A stretch of DNA of 64,000 nt from an uncultured delta proteobacterium (GCA_963806225.1 CAWDXG010000003.1:96001-160000), one strand, 5' to 3'; shown: positions 30,687-41,758, counted from the stretch's first letter. Notes: generated from the sequence alone by a model not told the origin. Program-made: numbers and translations.

Positions 30687-30702
30687 CGGCACGAAGCGTG
30701 CA
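30687..30702 (+). promoter_or_regulatory. Possible sigma-54 promoter
   Basis: CGGCACG-AAGC-GTGCA (GG-N10-GC) 12 nt before ATG 30715. Confidence 0.35.
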
Positions 30703-30714
30703 ACCCGGCGGGCG

Positions 30715-31452
<738 letters not shown>

Positions 31453-31480
31453 CGGCCGCGTTGTCGCGGGGAGTGTGCGC

Positions 31481-32680
31481 ATGAAGTGGTTCAAGCGCAT
31501 TGTGCTCCTGCTCGTCGCACTGGCCGTTCTGGCCGGGCTGGTGCTGGCCTTCCAGCCGCGTCCGGTGGGGGTCGACACGGCGCTCGTCACGAAGGGGCGC
31601 TACCAGCAGAGCATCGAGGAGGACGGCAAGACCCGCGTCAAGGAGCGCTACACGGTTTCCTCGCCGCTGTCGGGCACGCTCGAACGGATCGCCCTGCATG
31701 CCGGCGACGCGATCGACGACGGCACGGTGCTAGCGACCATCCAGCCCGTGGTACCGCCGTTGCTCGATGCACGCTCGCGGCGCGAGCTCGCGGCTCGCCT
31801 CGCCGCGGCGCAGGCCTCGAGGTTGCGTGCGGACACGAGCGTCGACGCGGCGCGTGTTGCGGCGGACTACGCGAAACGCGAGCTGTTGCGCACCCGGGCG
31901 CTGGCCAAGAGCGACGCGATCTCCCGGAGCGAGCTCGACCGCGCCGAGCTGGAGACGCGGGCACGCGACAAGGAGCTCCAAGCCGCCACGTTCGGTGCCC
32001 GCGTCGCGCGGTACGAGGTAGATATGGCCCGCGCAGCGCTCGCACAGGCGAGTGGAACGCGCGCGGGGCACCACCCTGCCGGCGAGAAATGGCAGATCCG
32101 CTCTCCGGTCCGCGGCGTGGTGCTGCGCGTGCTGCAACAGAGCGCAGGCGTGGTGAACGCCGGGACCCCGCTGCTCGAGCTGGCCGATCCAGCCGCCCTG
32201 GAAGTCGTGGTGGACGTGCTGTCCACGGACGCGGTGACGATCCCGCCGGGAGCCCCCGTGCGCATCGAGCGTTGGGGCGGCCCCCGGCCGCTGGTAGGCC
32301 GCGTGCGCCTGGTCGAGCCCTCCGCGACCACCAAGCTGTCCGCGCTGGGAGTCGAGGAGCAGCGCGTGAACACCATCGTCGACCTGCTCTCGCCACACGA
32401 CCAGTGGAAGGCGCTGGGCGACGGCTTCAGGGTGGAGGTCCGGATCACGACGTTCGAGAAGGACGGGGTCGTCAAGATGCCGGCTAGCGCGCTCTTCCGC
32501 GACGGCGGCGACTGGGCCGCCTACGTGGTGGATGGCGAACACGCCAGAAAGAGAATGGTCCGCGTGAGCCGCCGCAGCGGCACGGAAACGATGGTGTCGT
32601 CCGGCGTCCGCCCCGGCGATCGCGTGATCGTCTACCCGGGCGACGCCGTGAAGGACGGCACACGCATCACGCTGCGCTGA
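31481..32680 (+). CDS. Efflux periplasmic adaptor subunit (HlyD/MFP family)
   Basis: N-terminal anchor, lipoyl halves ([16 protein letters not shown]), coiled coil, [10 protein letters not shown]. Confidence 0.88.
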   Translation: MKWFKRIVLLLVALAVLAGLVLAFQPRPVGVDTALVTKGRYQQSIEEDGKTRVKERYTVSSPLSGTLERIALHAGDAIDDGTVLATIQPVVPPLLDARSRRELAARLAAAQASRLRADTSVDAARVAADYAKRELLRTRALAKSDAISRSELDRAELETRARDKELQAATFGARVARYEVDMARAALAQASGTRAGHHPAGEKWQIRSPVRGVVLRVLQQSAGVVNAGTPLLELADPAALEVVVDVLSTDAVTIPPGAPVRIERWGGPRPLVGRVRLVEPSATTKLSALGVEEQRVNTIVDLLSPHDQWKALGDGFRVEVRITTFEKDGVVKMPASALFRDGGDWAAYVVDGEHARKRMVRVSRRSGTETMVSSGVRPGDRVIVYPGDAVKDGTRITLR

Positions 32681-32727
32681 GCCGCCGGGGATGGCGCCAG
32701 GCGGGCTCCGCGGGTACACCACGGCGC

Positions 32728-33663
32728 TTGGCCCGACAGCGCCCCGACTTTCCGGATCTCGTACAGCGGCATCCGCCGGACGCCCTCCCCTGCCCGCTCG
32801 ACCGCGCGCTGCGCGGGATGTACGCGGGAGCGAGCTGGAACGACGTGCGGCGCCTGGTCCGTACCGGAAAAGTCCAGCTCCGCGGCGCCACGCAGACGGA
32901 TCCGGCAGCGCGGGTCGAACCGGGCGACGAGATCGAAGTGCGGATGAGGACGCCGCGACGCGACGCTCTGCCGCGCGAAGCACTGGTCTACGTCGACGCA
33001 GAGGTCGTGGTCGCGGACAAGCCAGCCGGAATCAGCACGGTCCCGTTCGACGCGAAGGAACAGGGCACGCTCGACCAGCAGGTGCGCCTCGCGCTCGCCC
33101 GCCGCGAGAAGCGCTCCGGCCCGCCGCTGGGTGTGGTCCATCGCATCGACCGTCCAACCAGCGGCCTGGTCGTATTCGCGCGCACCCTGCGCGCCAAACG
33201 TCACCTCGAACAACAGTTCCGCGCCCATAGCATCCACCGCCGCTACCTCGCCCTGTGCCATGGCGCCGTGGAGGGCGGCACGCTGAACAGCCGGCTGGTT
33301 GCCGATCGCGGGGACGGGCTGCGCGGCTCGACGGGCAATCCGCGGCTGGGTCGGTTGGCCACGACCCACGTCCGGGTGCTGGAGCCGCTCCCGGGCGCCA
33401 CGCTGGTCGAATGCCGGCTGGAGACTGGCCGTACCCACCAGATCCGCATCCAGCTTTCCGAAACCGGGCACCCGTTGCTCGGTGAGCGCGTGTACGTGCG
33501 CGGCTACGCCGGAGCGCTGCTCGATGCGCCCCGCCTGATGCTGCACGCGGCCGAGCTCGGCTTCGTGCACCCTTCCCGCGGGAAACAGCTTTGCTTCGAG
33601 TCAGCGTTGCCGGGCGACATGGTAGGCATTCTCGAGTCGCTCCGCGGCCGGAAGCCGGACTAG
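32728..33663 (+). CDS. RluA-family pseudouridine synthase with S4-like N-terminus
   Basis: DKPAG, VHRIDRPTSG, LETGRTHQIR, LMLHA. Start approximate. Confidence 0.9.
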   Translation: MARQRPDFPDLVQRHPPDALPCPLDRALRGMYAGASWNDVRRLVRTGKVQLRGATQTDPAARVEPGDEIEVRMRTPRRDALPREALVYVDAEVVVADKPAGISTVPFDAKEQGTLDQQVRLALARREKRSGPPLGVVHRIDRPTSGLVVFARTLRAKRHLEQQFRAHSIHRRYLALCHGAVEGGTLNSRLVADRGDGLRGSTGNPRLGRLATTHVRVLEPLPGATLVECRLETGRTHQIRIQLSETGHPLLGERVYVRGYAGALLDAPRLMLHAAELGFVHPSRGKQLCFESALPGDMVGILESLRGRKPD

Positions 33664-34373
33664 TCGGCGCCGAGGTGTTCGCCGAACCAGGCCAGCAAGC
33701 GTTTCCAGCTGTCCTCGGCCGCCTCGGCGTTGTAGCCGACACGCATCGGTCCGCGTTCGGCGATGCCGTCGATGCGGCTCGGCTCGTGCTCGTTCATGTA
33801 GCTGTGGCCGACCCCGTCGTAGAGCCTCACGTCGTGGCGGACGCCCAGCGACTCCAGGTGGCGCCCGAGACGGCGCCCCTGGGGAGCGAAGACGCGGTCT
33901 TCGGCGCCGTAGCCGCCCACCACGGGACAGATTCCGTCGAGCGCCCGCGCACGCCGTGGCACGGCGCCGTAGAAGGGAGCCGCGATCCTGAAGTCGCCCG
34001 TGCGGGCCAGGAGCAGTGCAAACCCGCCGCCCATGCAGAATCCGGCGACGCCCAGACGATCCGCTCGAACCTCCGGACGCGACGCGAGATAGCTCCGCGC
34101 GGCTTCCAGATCCTTCAGCGCCGGGCCGCCACCCAGCTGCATGGAGAGCACCGCCCGCGCCACGCACAGGGCGCGCGGCCCGGCCGAGTACAGGTCGGGT
34201 GCCAACGCAACGTATCCCGCGGAAGCGAAGCGGCACGCAATGCGCCGGATATCATTGTTTAGCCCGTGGATCTCGTGAAGGACCAGAACGCCTGGCCGCG
34301 CTCCCGCCGCATCCTCCGGCAGCGCGAGGAAGGCGTCGCGCGTGGCATCGCCGACGCTGAATTCGATCTCCAT
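33660..34373 (-). CDS. Dienelactone hydrolase family protein
   Basis: LHEIHGLN, ALAPDLY, GFCMGG nucleophile elbow, GHSYMN. Confidence 0.9.
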   Translation of the reverse strand: MEIEFSVGDATRDAFLALPEDAAGARPGVLVLHEIHGLNNDIRRIACRFASAGYVALAPDLYSAGPRALCVARAVLSMQLGGGPALKDLEAARSYLASRPEVRADRLGVAGFCMGGGFALLLARTGDFRIAAPFYGAVPRRARALDGICPVVGGYGAEDRVFAPQGRRLGRHLESLGVRHDVRLYDGVGHSYMNEHEPSRIDGIAERGPMRVGYNAEAAEDSWKRLLAWFGEHLGAD

Positions 34374-34581
34374 GCGTCCTCCGTATCAGCTATTCAGCGT
34401 GTGACTAGAGTCCAGTGACTCGTTATGAAAAGTCCTCAAACATGGACTTTCGAGCCGGCCGGAAGGTGACGCTCCCGACTTGTGCGCCGGCTAGGGCTCG
34501 GCTATCGTCGAGAGCGATTGGGGGACAGTCCTCGCTCCGCGGTGCCGCCGCCCGGCGGCGCGGCGCCTTTCCGGCGCGACT

Positions 34582-34609
34582 GCCGCCCGGACAGGAGGGT
34601 CCGGGCGGC
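34582..34609 (-). terminator. Hairpin downstream of tRNA-Gly
   Basis: Perfect 11-bp stem GCCGCCCGGAC/GTCCGGGCGGC with 6-nt loop, about 10 nt past the tRNA 3' end. Confidence 0.5.
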
Positions 34610-34619
34610 CGTTCGTCGG

Positions 34620-34692
34620 AGCGGGACACGAGATTCGAACTCGCGACCCCAAGCTTGGGAAGCTTGTGCTCTACCAACTGAGCTAGTCCCGC
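34620..34692 (-). tRNA. tRNA-Gly(CCC)
   Basis: GCGGGAC/GTCCCGC acceptor stem, AGCTCAGTTGGTAGAGC D arm, CAAGC-TTCCCAA-GCTTG anticodon arm, GTTCGAATC T loop. Confidence 0.96.
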
Positions 34693-34837
34693 ATCGGTCG
34701 GCGGAGCATAGCGCCGGACCCGGAGCTCGGAAAGGCCTCTGCGAGAGGTCGCGCTCCAGCTTGACCGTGGCGCCCGGCAACAGTAATCACCTCGATGCCG
34801 GCCGCGGAGACGGCCCTGCAGCGCCCCGGAGGCCCCC

Positions 34838-35119
34838 GTGAAAAAGGCAACAGTTCTTTCCGTTTGCGAGTGCCAGGCGCGCCTCGGCGCAGAGCTCGAC
34901 GAGAGCCGCTACGTGATCCGCGGCTGGGCACGTGACCCACGCCGCAGGCAGGAGCGCCCGGCCCCGGCCCACGCGATCGACAGCAGCAAGCCGCAGTTCG
35001 AGATCGCATGGTTCTGCCCGTTCTGCGTCCGCAACACGACCCGCGTATTCGACGCGGACGGGCTCGGCTGGCGGGAAGCGCCCGAAGAACCCGGCAAAGG
35101 CACCGCCCAGGCAAGCTAG
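34838..35119 (+). CDS. Small hypothetical protein, possible zinc-binding
   Basis: GTG start after GGAGG; CEC near the N-terminus and WFCPFC near the C-terminus. Confidence 0.6.
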   Translation: MKKATVLSVCECQARLGAELDESRYVIRGWARDPRRRQERPAPAHAIDSSKPQFEIAWFCPFCVRNTTRVFDADGLGWREAPEEPGKGTAQAS

Positions 35120-35302
35120 GGGCGGAGCTTCCGGATATTTTCCGCGGCCGGGCCCTTCACTAGCCCGGAACGCGGCCGTCCATCCCACTCGGGAACGGCA
35201 CCGCAGACGCGAGCCTACCGGGCCCGAAAGAATTTCAAGCCGTATTTGCGCTGGGTTGCGCTCGAAAAGGCCCAGCGTGCGAAGGCAGGACTACATTTTC
35301 TG

Positions 35303-35911
35303 ATGATTCCTGCGGTAACCACGAAATCTGTGATCTCCGCATACCTCACGTCCCACGCCGTCGCGAAGCTGGTGCGGGTCAGCCCTTCCACGGTGCTGTC
35401 CTGGATCGACAAGGGCCTGTTGCCGGCACACCGCACACCCGGAGGGCACCGGCGCGTCGAACCGGCCGCGCTGGTGCGCTTCCTGCGCGAGCACGACATG
35501 CCGATCCCGCGCGATCTGTCCAACGTGTCACGCCTGCTCGTGATCGACGACGAGGCGCCCTTCTTGAGCACCGCGCGTCGTTTCTTCAAACGCTACGCCC
35601 CTGCACTGAAAGTCGAGACCGCCGATGGCGCGATCGACGGTCTGCTGAAAGTGGGCACATTCCGTCCCGACGCCGTCCTGCTCGACGCCTTCATGCCAGG
35701 CATGGACGGCGTCGAAGTGTGCCGCAGGCTCCGGGCATCGGGCGCGACCGCGCACATCCGCGTGGTCGCGATCACCGCTCACGTTTCCCCGGAGCTCGAG
35801 ACAGCCTTCCGGAAGGCGGGAGCCGTCGCCTGCCTTTCGAAGCCGCTAGACCCGACGGGCCTGCTAGCCGCTCTCGGCCTCGAAGGAGCGCACGAGGAGA
35901 TCCACACATGA
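35303..35911 (+). CDS. Response regulator with N-terminal excisionase/MerR-type HTH
   Basis: YLTSHAVAKLVRVSPSTVLSWIDKGLLPAHRTPGGHRR plus REC (LVIDDE, LLDAFMPGMDG, LSKP). Start approximate. Confidence 0.88.
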   Translation: MIPAVTTKSVISAYLTSHAVAKLVRVSPSTVLSWIDKGLLPAHRTPGGHRRVEPAALVRFLREHDMPIPRDLSNVSRLLVIDDEAPFLSTARRFFKRYAPALKVETADGAIDGLLKVGTFRPDAVLLDAFMPGMDGVEVCRRLRASGATAHIRVVAITAHVSPELETAFRKAGAVACLSKPLDPTGLLAALGLEGAHEEIHT

Positions 35912-37405
35912 AAACCCAACCTCTCGCCGACGACCCGCCCGGGTCGACTCCCAGCTCCGACTCACGACTGCGGGCGCGACGGCTCCGGGCCCGACGCATC
36001 AAGGTCGAGGAACTGAACCTCGGAACGGTCGCCGCGTCGGGGCGCCACGCCACGCTCGGCGACGTGGCCGGCGTCGTGGAGGACCTCTCGCTTTCCGGCA
36101 TGGCGATCGTGGTGCCCGGGGCGGCAGCGACCGCTGGCCTCGTCTTCATCGGCGACCGGCTCGAGCGACTCGGCGTGACCTGCGACGAGGGCCCGTTCTA
36201 CGAGGGCGACGCCTCGGTGCGCCGGGTCACCGAGCGCGACAGCGACCTCGTGCTCGGCATCGAGCTCGAGTCACGGGGTATCGATCCTCGGCGAGCTGTA
36301 CCGGCGCGGCACCCGCCACGGCTTCGCCGAACGGCTGCACGCGGTCATCGAGAGCTCGCACACGTCGAACATCTCCAACGAGTTCAAGGTGTGGGTCGCC
36401 GATCTACGCACATACCTCGAGACAACCCGGGACTTCCTCGACTCGGAGGAGCGAGCCCTGGAGAGCCTCGACCGCTTCAGCCGCGACCAGGCGCTTTCGG
36501 CCTACCTCGACGAGATCGCTCCACAGGTCGTGGAACGGATGAACCAGGCCTCGCACGAGCTCGGCCAGCTGGTTTCGGGATTGCCCGAGGCTCATCATCC
36601 ACAGCACCGCGCCTATTTCCGTGGCCACGTGCTGCCGCTGCTCGCGCATTCGCCGCTGCTCCGGCGCGCCTACGAAAAGCCGCTCGGCTACGCCGGCGAC
36701 TACGAGATGATGAACATGCTCTACCGCGAGCACGCCGAGGGCGACTCGCTCTTCGGACGGGCGCTGAACGTCTACGGCGCCCAGGAGCCCGCCGCGCAGG
36801 CCAACATCAACCGGCTGGACTATCTGGGCGACAAGATACGCACCCAGGTCGAGGCGGCCCGCGGCGCGCGGGTGCGCCTCGCCAGCATCGGATGCGGCCC
36901 CGCGCGCGAGCTGTCACTGCTGCTCGAGCGCTCTCCCGAGCTCGGACCAATGCTCGACGTTGCGCTCATCGACCAGGAGGAACGCGTCATCACCTACTGC
37001 GAGCGCACGCTGGGCCCGCTGGCTGCCAGGACCGGGGCGCGAGTGCAGTTCATCCGCGAATCCATCCGCCGCCTGTTGACAACCCGGCAACTTTCGTCCG
37101 CGCTCGGCCAGCGCGACTTCGTGTATAGCGCCGGCCTGTTCGACTACCTGAACCAACGCAGCTTCTCGGCGCTACTCGGCGCGCTGTATGGAACCCTGGT
37201 GCCGGGCGGCCAGCTGGCGATCGGGAACGTCGCCGCCAACAATCCGACGCGTTGGTTCATGGAGTACTGCCTGGACTGGTTCTTGATCCATCGCTCGCCA
37301 GAGGATCTGCTGGCTTTCGCGGATCGGCTCGAGCCTGCGCCGACGCAGATGGAAGTTGACGCGGAACCCCTGGGCGTCAACCTGTTCCTGCGCGTCTGGA
37401 AATGA
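35908..37405 (+). CDS. PilZ-like domain plus class I SAM methyltransferase, PhcB-like; +1 frameshift near 36286
   Basis: RLRAR...EDLSLSG PilZ-like motifs; second frame AYEKPLGYAGDYEMMNM, ASIGCGPARE, YSAGLFDYL, LDWFLIHRS; ATGA overlaps at both ends. Confidence 0.75.
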
Positions 37406-39936
37406 CTGGTTTCGCGGACGAGAGCACCAGCTTCGAGCAGCACCTGGCCCAGGTGAACCTGTCCGGAGCACGCCTCGGCTATCTGCTCTCCGCGATACTC
37501 ATGCCCGCCGGCTTCACGCTGGACTGGGCGATGGCGCCGCACCGGATGGTGCAGTTCCTCTGGTTCCGCGTAGCGGCGAGCCTCGTCGCGCTGGCACTTC
37601 TGGCCGTGTCGTATCTGCCCTGGGCGGAACAGCATCCGGTGTTGCTCGGAGCCGGTCCGCCCCTGGTGTGCGCCGGCGGGATCGAGGCGATGATCCTCGC
37701 GCTGGGCGGCGTGGCATCGCCCTACTACGCGGGATTGAACCTCTGCATCCTGGCCGTCGGCGTGCTGTACACCTGGCACTGGCGGCACGCGATCGCGGTC
37801 ACCGGCATCATCGTGTTGATGTGGCTCTTGCCCGGCGCATTCGAAGCCGTCCAGGGGACGCTGTCGTTCCGACCATTCTTCAACAACGTCTACTTCATCC
37901 TGCTGACCAGCGTGATCTCCGTTTCGTCGACGGTCGTCCGCTACCGCGCCGCCCGGCGCGAGCATGAAGCGCGCACCAGCCTGGCCCGCACCTCGAACGA
38001 GCTGGAGGCCACGCTCGAACGCCTGCGCGAGCTTGACCGGATGAAGAACGAATTCTTCGCCAACGTTTCGCACGAGCTGCGCACCCCGCTGACGCTGATC
38101 CTGGCTCCTGTGGAAGAGCTTCTGGCCCGCGCCCGGGACAGGCCCGATGCCCGGGAGCTCGCGGTCATCCACCGCAACGCCCAGCGCCTGCTGCGCCTGA
38201 TCGACGACCTGCTCGATCTGGCGCGTCTCGACGTCGGAGGCCTCAGGCTGACCATCACTGAAGTCGATCTCTCGGAGCTTGCGCGCCGCGTGGTCGACGG
38301 CGTCCGTCCGGCGGCCGACGCCCGCGGCGTGGACATCCGCCTACAGGCGCCCGAGACCACCGAAGACCTCTTCGGCGATCCCCACCGGCTCGAAATCGTA
38401 CTGACCAACCTGGTGGGGAACGCATTCAAGTTCGTGCCGGATGGCGGTCACATCCAGATCGGGGTGGAACAGCTCGACAACGCGGTCAGCATCGAGGTCC
38501 GCGACGACGGCCCTGGCATCCCACCCGCCATGCAGGAACGCATCTTCGAACGTTTCTACCAGATCGAGGGATCGGAGCGCCGTCGCCATGGCGGCGCAGG
38601 GATCGGGCTGGCCCTGGCCCGCGAGCTCGTTGCCCTGCACGACGGCAAGCTCGGCGTGACGAGCCAGCCGGACGAGGGCTCGACGTTCCGGATGACACTG
38701 CCGACCGGGCGCGCCCATTTCCGCCAGGAAGTCATCGAGCGCCGCCGGGTGCAGGTCGATGAGCATCCGAGCCGACGGATAGTCGATCCGTCTCCGCATC
38801 AACCGCCAGAACCGGGTGCCAGCGAGGCCGTGCCACAGACCGATGACGACGAGGCGATCATCCGGCTCGACGGTGGGCGCCGTCCCCGCGTACTGGTCGC
38901 CGAGGACGAGGACGACCTGCGCGAATTCATCTGTGCGGCGCTGGCGAAGCAGTTCGACGTGAGCCAGGCCCGTGACGGCCGGGAAGCGCTCGAAATCGCC
39001 AAAGCGGAACGACCCGACCTGGTACTCACCGACGTGATGATGCCGAACGTGAGCGGGGCGGACCTGTGCCGCGCGATCAAGTCCGAGCCGCAACTCCGGA
39101 CGACGCCCGTCGTCATGCTCACCGCGCGCTCCGGCTCCGACGCAGCGCTCGACGGCTACAACGCGGGAGCGGATGACTTCGTGACGAAGCCGTTCCACAA
39201 CCGCGTGCTCATCGCGCGCCTGCGCGCCCAGCTGAAGTTGAGAGCACTGGGACTACAGCTCGCCGACCAGGCCCGGCTCGCGACAGCGGGCACGCTCGCG
39301 GCCGGCATCGCCCACGAGGTCAAGAACCCGGTCAATGCGGTGCTGAATGCCGCGCGCGTGCTGAAGAATCCCGGTCAAGGCAAGGTCGCCCCCGAGCGAC
39401 TGCTGTCGGTCATCGAGGACGCCGCCGACCGGATCCTCGGCATCGTCTCGGCACTCGAGCAGCACGTCCGCCCGGCCGAGGGCGCCGGATCCATGGCCTG
39501 CGACGTTCGCGTCGGCCTGGACTCGACGCTGCGGCTTCTCGCCCACCGGATGGGCAACATCGAGGTCGAGCGCACCTACGCCACCGAACGGCTGGTCATG
39601 GCCCCAGCCCGCGAGTTGAACCAGGTGTTCCTGAACCTGCTCGACAACGCGGTCCGCGTCGAGCCCGCGCACATCTGGGTTCGTGTGGAAAGCACCCCCA
39701 ACGGCGTGCACATCGAGATCGCGGACGACGGTCCCGGCGTTCCGCCGGATGTCGCGTCCCTGATTTTCCAGCCGTTTTTCACCACGCGCGAGGTCGGCGA
39801 AGGCACCGGGCTCGGGCTTTACCTTTCCCGGCGGATCATAGACGATTGCGGTGGAGAGCTTGGCTACCGGCCACGGGAGGGTGGCGGTTCCGAGTTCATA
39901 GTGGAATTGCCGACAACGGAGGCCCAGGCCGCATGA
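37402..39936 (+). CDS. Membrane hybrid sensor histidine kinase (about 6 TM-HisKA-HATPase-REC-HisKA-HATPase)
   Basis: FFANVSHELRTPL, NLVGNAFKF, DDGPGI, GAGIGLAL; REC (VAEDE, TDVMMP, KPF); second AGIAHEVKNP, NLLDNA, FFTTREVGEGTGLGL. Confidence 0.92.
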   Translation: MTGFADESTSFEQHLAQVNLSGARLGYLLSAILMPAGFTLDWAMAPHRMVQFLWFRVAASLVALALLAVSYLPWAEQHPVLLGAGPPLVCAGGIEAMILALGGVASPYYAGLNLCILAVGVLYTWHWRHAIAVTGIIVLMWLLPGAFEAVQGTLSFRPFFNNVYFILLTSVISVSSTVVRYRAARREHEARTSLARTSNELEATLERLRELDRMKNEFFANVSHELRTPLTLILAPVEELLARARDRPDARELAVIHRNAQRLLRLIDDLLDLARLDVGGLRLTITEVDLSELARRVVDGVRPAADARGVDIRLQAPETTEDLFGDPHRLEIVLTNLVGNAFKFVPDGGHIQIGVEQLDNAVSIEVRDDGPGIPPAMQERIFERFYQIEGSERRRHGGAGIGLALARELVALHDGKLGVTSQPDEGSTFRMTLPTGRAHFRQEVIERRRVQVDEHPSRRIVDPSPHQPPEPGASEAVPQTDDDEAIIRLDGGRRPRVLVAEDEDDLREFICAALAKQFDVSQARDGREALEIAKAERPDLVLTDVMMPNVSGADLCRAIKSEPQLRTTPVVMLTARSGSDAALDGYNAGADDFVTKPFHNRVLIARLRAQLKLRALGLQLADQARLATAGTLAAGIAHEVKNPVNAVLNAARVLKNPGQGKVAPERLLSVIEDAADRILGIVSALEQHVRPAEGAGSMACDVRVGLDSTLRLLAHRMGNIEVERTYATERLVMAPARELNQVFLNLLDNAVRVEPAHIWVRVESTPNGVHIEIADDGPGVPPDVASLIFQPFFTTREVGEGTGLGLYLSRRIIDDCGGELGYRPREGGGSEFIVELPTTEAQAA

Positions 39937-39961
39937 CCCAACATCCCAGAAACGCCGCGCG

Positions 39962-41086
39962 ATGACCGCTAGCGTGCTGTTCGTGGACGACGACGAGGGG
40001 AACCTGGTCGTCTGCTCGGCCGCGACGGGCGACGAATTCGACGTGCTGACCGCGCCGGGTGCGAACGCGGCCCTCGAGCTCATGCAGCACCACGAGGTCG
40101 GGGTGCTCGTCGCTGATCAGCGCATGCCGGGCACGACCGGCGTCGAGCTTCTGGAACGCGTGCGGGAAGAGTATCCGGACACCATCCGCATTCTCATCAC
40201 CGCCTACTCCGACCTGCCGGCGGCGATCGACGCCATCAATCGGGGGCAGGTGCGCCGCTATCTCAGAAAGCCCTGGGAGCCAGACGAGCTCAAGGCCGAG
40301 CTCCGCGACGCCCTGGACGTGTACAGCATGACCCGCCGCCTGGCCCAGATGGAACAGCATCTGCGCGAAACCGAGCGCATCTACTCGCTGGGCGTCGTCG
40401 CAGCGGGCATCGCGCACGAGCTGCGCAACCCCGTGGGCTGGATCAGCAACAACCTGAACCTGGCGCAGGGCGAGATCGAGGACATGCGCGCGGCGCTGGC
40501 AGGGGGCCAGGTCGATGTCCGCGCTTTCCGGCAGAAGCTCGACGAGGTCCGCGAAGGCCTGGATGACGCCGTCAGCGGGGTGAAGCGCATCGTCGACATC
40601 GTCCGGGGCATCGAGATGCCGATCCGTCCCACCGACAGCGAGATCGTGGACCTCGGCGAGGTCCTGCGCCTGACCATCCGCATCGTCCACGGCGAGCTGA
40701 AACAACGCGCACGTCTCGAGCTACAGATCGGGGAATCGACCAAGGTCCGTGGCTCCAGCACGAAGTTGAGCCAGGTCGTGCTCAATCTGCTGGTCAACGC
40801 CGTCCAGGCCCTGTCGCATCGCCCGCGCGACGAGAACCTGATCTCCGTTTCGCTCTACCGCGCCGGACCCTGGGCGCGGATCGACATTGCCGACAACGGC
40901 GAGGGCCTGGTCGCAGAAGACATCGACCGCATCTTCAATCCATTCTTCACCACCAAGCAGACCGGGGGCAGCGGCCTCGGCCTCGCCATATCCAGGACGA
41001 TTGCCGTGGAGCTCGGCGGAACTATCGAGGCCTCGAATCTGGAAGACGGCGGCGCGCTGTTCCGCTTCTCCGTACCCGCGCTCTGA
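39962..41086 (+). CDS. REC-HisKA-HATPase protein (PhcR-like architecture)
   Basis: VLFVDDD, ADQRMPG, ITAYSD, KPW; AGIAHELRNP, NLLVNA, FFTTKQTGGSGLGL. Confidence 0.9.
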   Translation: MTASVLFVDDDEGNLVVCSAATGDEFDVLTAPGANAALELMQHHEVGVLVADQRMPGTTGVELLERVREEYPDTIRILITAYSDLPAAIDAINRGQVRRYLRKPWEPDELKAELRDALDVYSMTRRLAQMEQHLRETERIYSLGVVAAGIAHELRNPVGWISNNLNLAQGEIEDMRAALAGGQVDVRAFRQKLDEVREGLDDAVSGVKRIVDIVRGIEMPIRPTDSEIVDLGEVLRLTIRIVHGELKQRARLELQIGESTKVRGSSTKLSQVVLNLLVNAVQALSHRPRDENLISVSLYRAGPWARIDIADNGEGLVAEDIDRIFNPFFTTKQTGGSGLGLAISRTIAVELGGTIEASNLEDGGALFRFSVPAL

Positions 41087-41131
41087 TGCTGCCGGGCGGC
41101 CGGGGACGCCCGCACCGAGCGACCCGCAGGA

Positions 41132-41470
41132 CTATGCCGCGTGCAGATGCTCGACGCCTTCGCCGTGGCGCACCTGCTCGAGCAACAGGCTCGTGACGCG
41201 CGTGCGCTCCGTGTCGCGCGCCCGCTGCCTGAGCCACATGGCCTGCCGGAGCGCCTGCACCGCTTCATCCCTGCGACCGGCGCGCAGACATTGCGCGGCA
41301 TAGAGCGTCCAGAGGCGCGCGTCGTCACCCTGCACACATGCGGCTTCGCGCAGCGCGAGCATCGCGCGTCGATGCTGACCCCGACGCCGCGCCCGGCGCG
41401 CCCGCGCCAGAAGACGCTCCTCCTGGGTTTGGCCCAGTAGTGTCGCGGGAGTTGTGTGCTTGCGGCGCAT
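41132..41470 (-). CDS. Small basic TPR-like hypothetical protein
   Basis: RRAMLALREAAC...DARLWTLYAAQCLRAGRRDEAVQALRQA helical repeat pattern. Confidence 0.55.
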   Translation of the reverse strand: MRRKHTTPATLLGQTQEERLLARARRARRRGQHRRAMLALREAACVQGDDARLWTLYAAQCLRAGRRDEAVQALRQAMWLRQRARDTERTRVTSLLLEQVRHGEGVEHLHAA

Positions 41471-41758
41471 GGTGACGACCTGTCGGTCCAGATGGCGGTC
41501 GGTTGCTGCCAACCTTCATTGATCTCGACGACGTGGCTCCGGCAAAGTTCCTGACGTCTGCATGGAAATCGATGCGAACGCCATGCCAGCGCCGATGCCG
41601 TGTAGGCGTCCGCGACCACAGCGATGACCATTCCTGTTGAACGTCAACCACTTGCGCTCTTGGCGCAGCGCGTCGAGCGACAACCGCGCCGGGCGCGGCA
41701 CCCGGATCAGCGTGTCATGCCACTGCGAGCCGATTCCGCTGCATCTGGATCCGGCGCC

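Noticed and set aside
34620..41086. tRNA-Gly-anchored genomic island carrying the phc-like operon
   Set aside because: The operon lies on the 5' side of the tRNA, I saw no integrase or duplicated tRNA 3' end, and the impression of more A/T-ending codons could not be quantified.
41471..41758. Possible small ORF or leader RNA upstream of the TPR-like gene
   Set aside because: No recognisable riboswitch or protein motif, and the candidate ORFs have weak coding signal.
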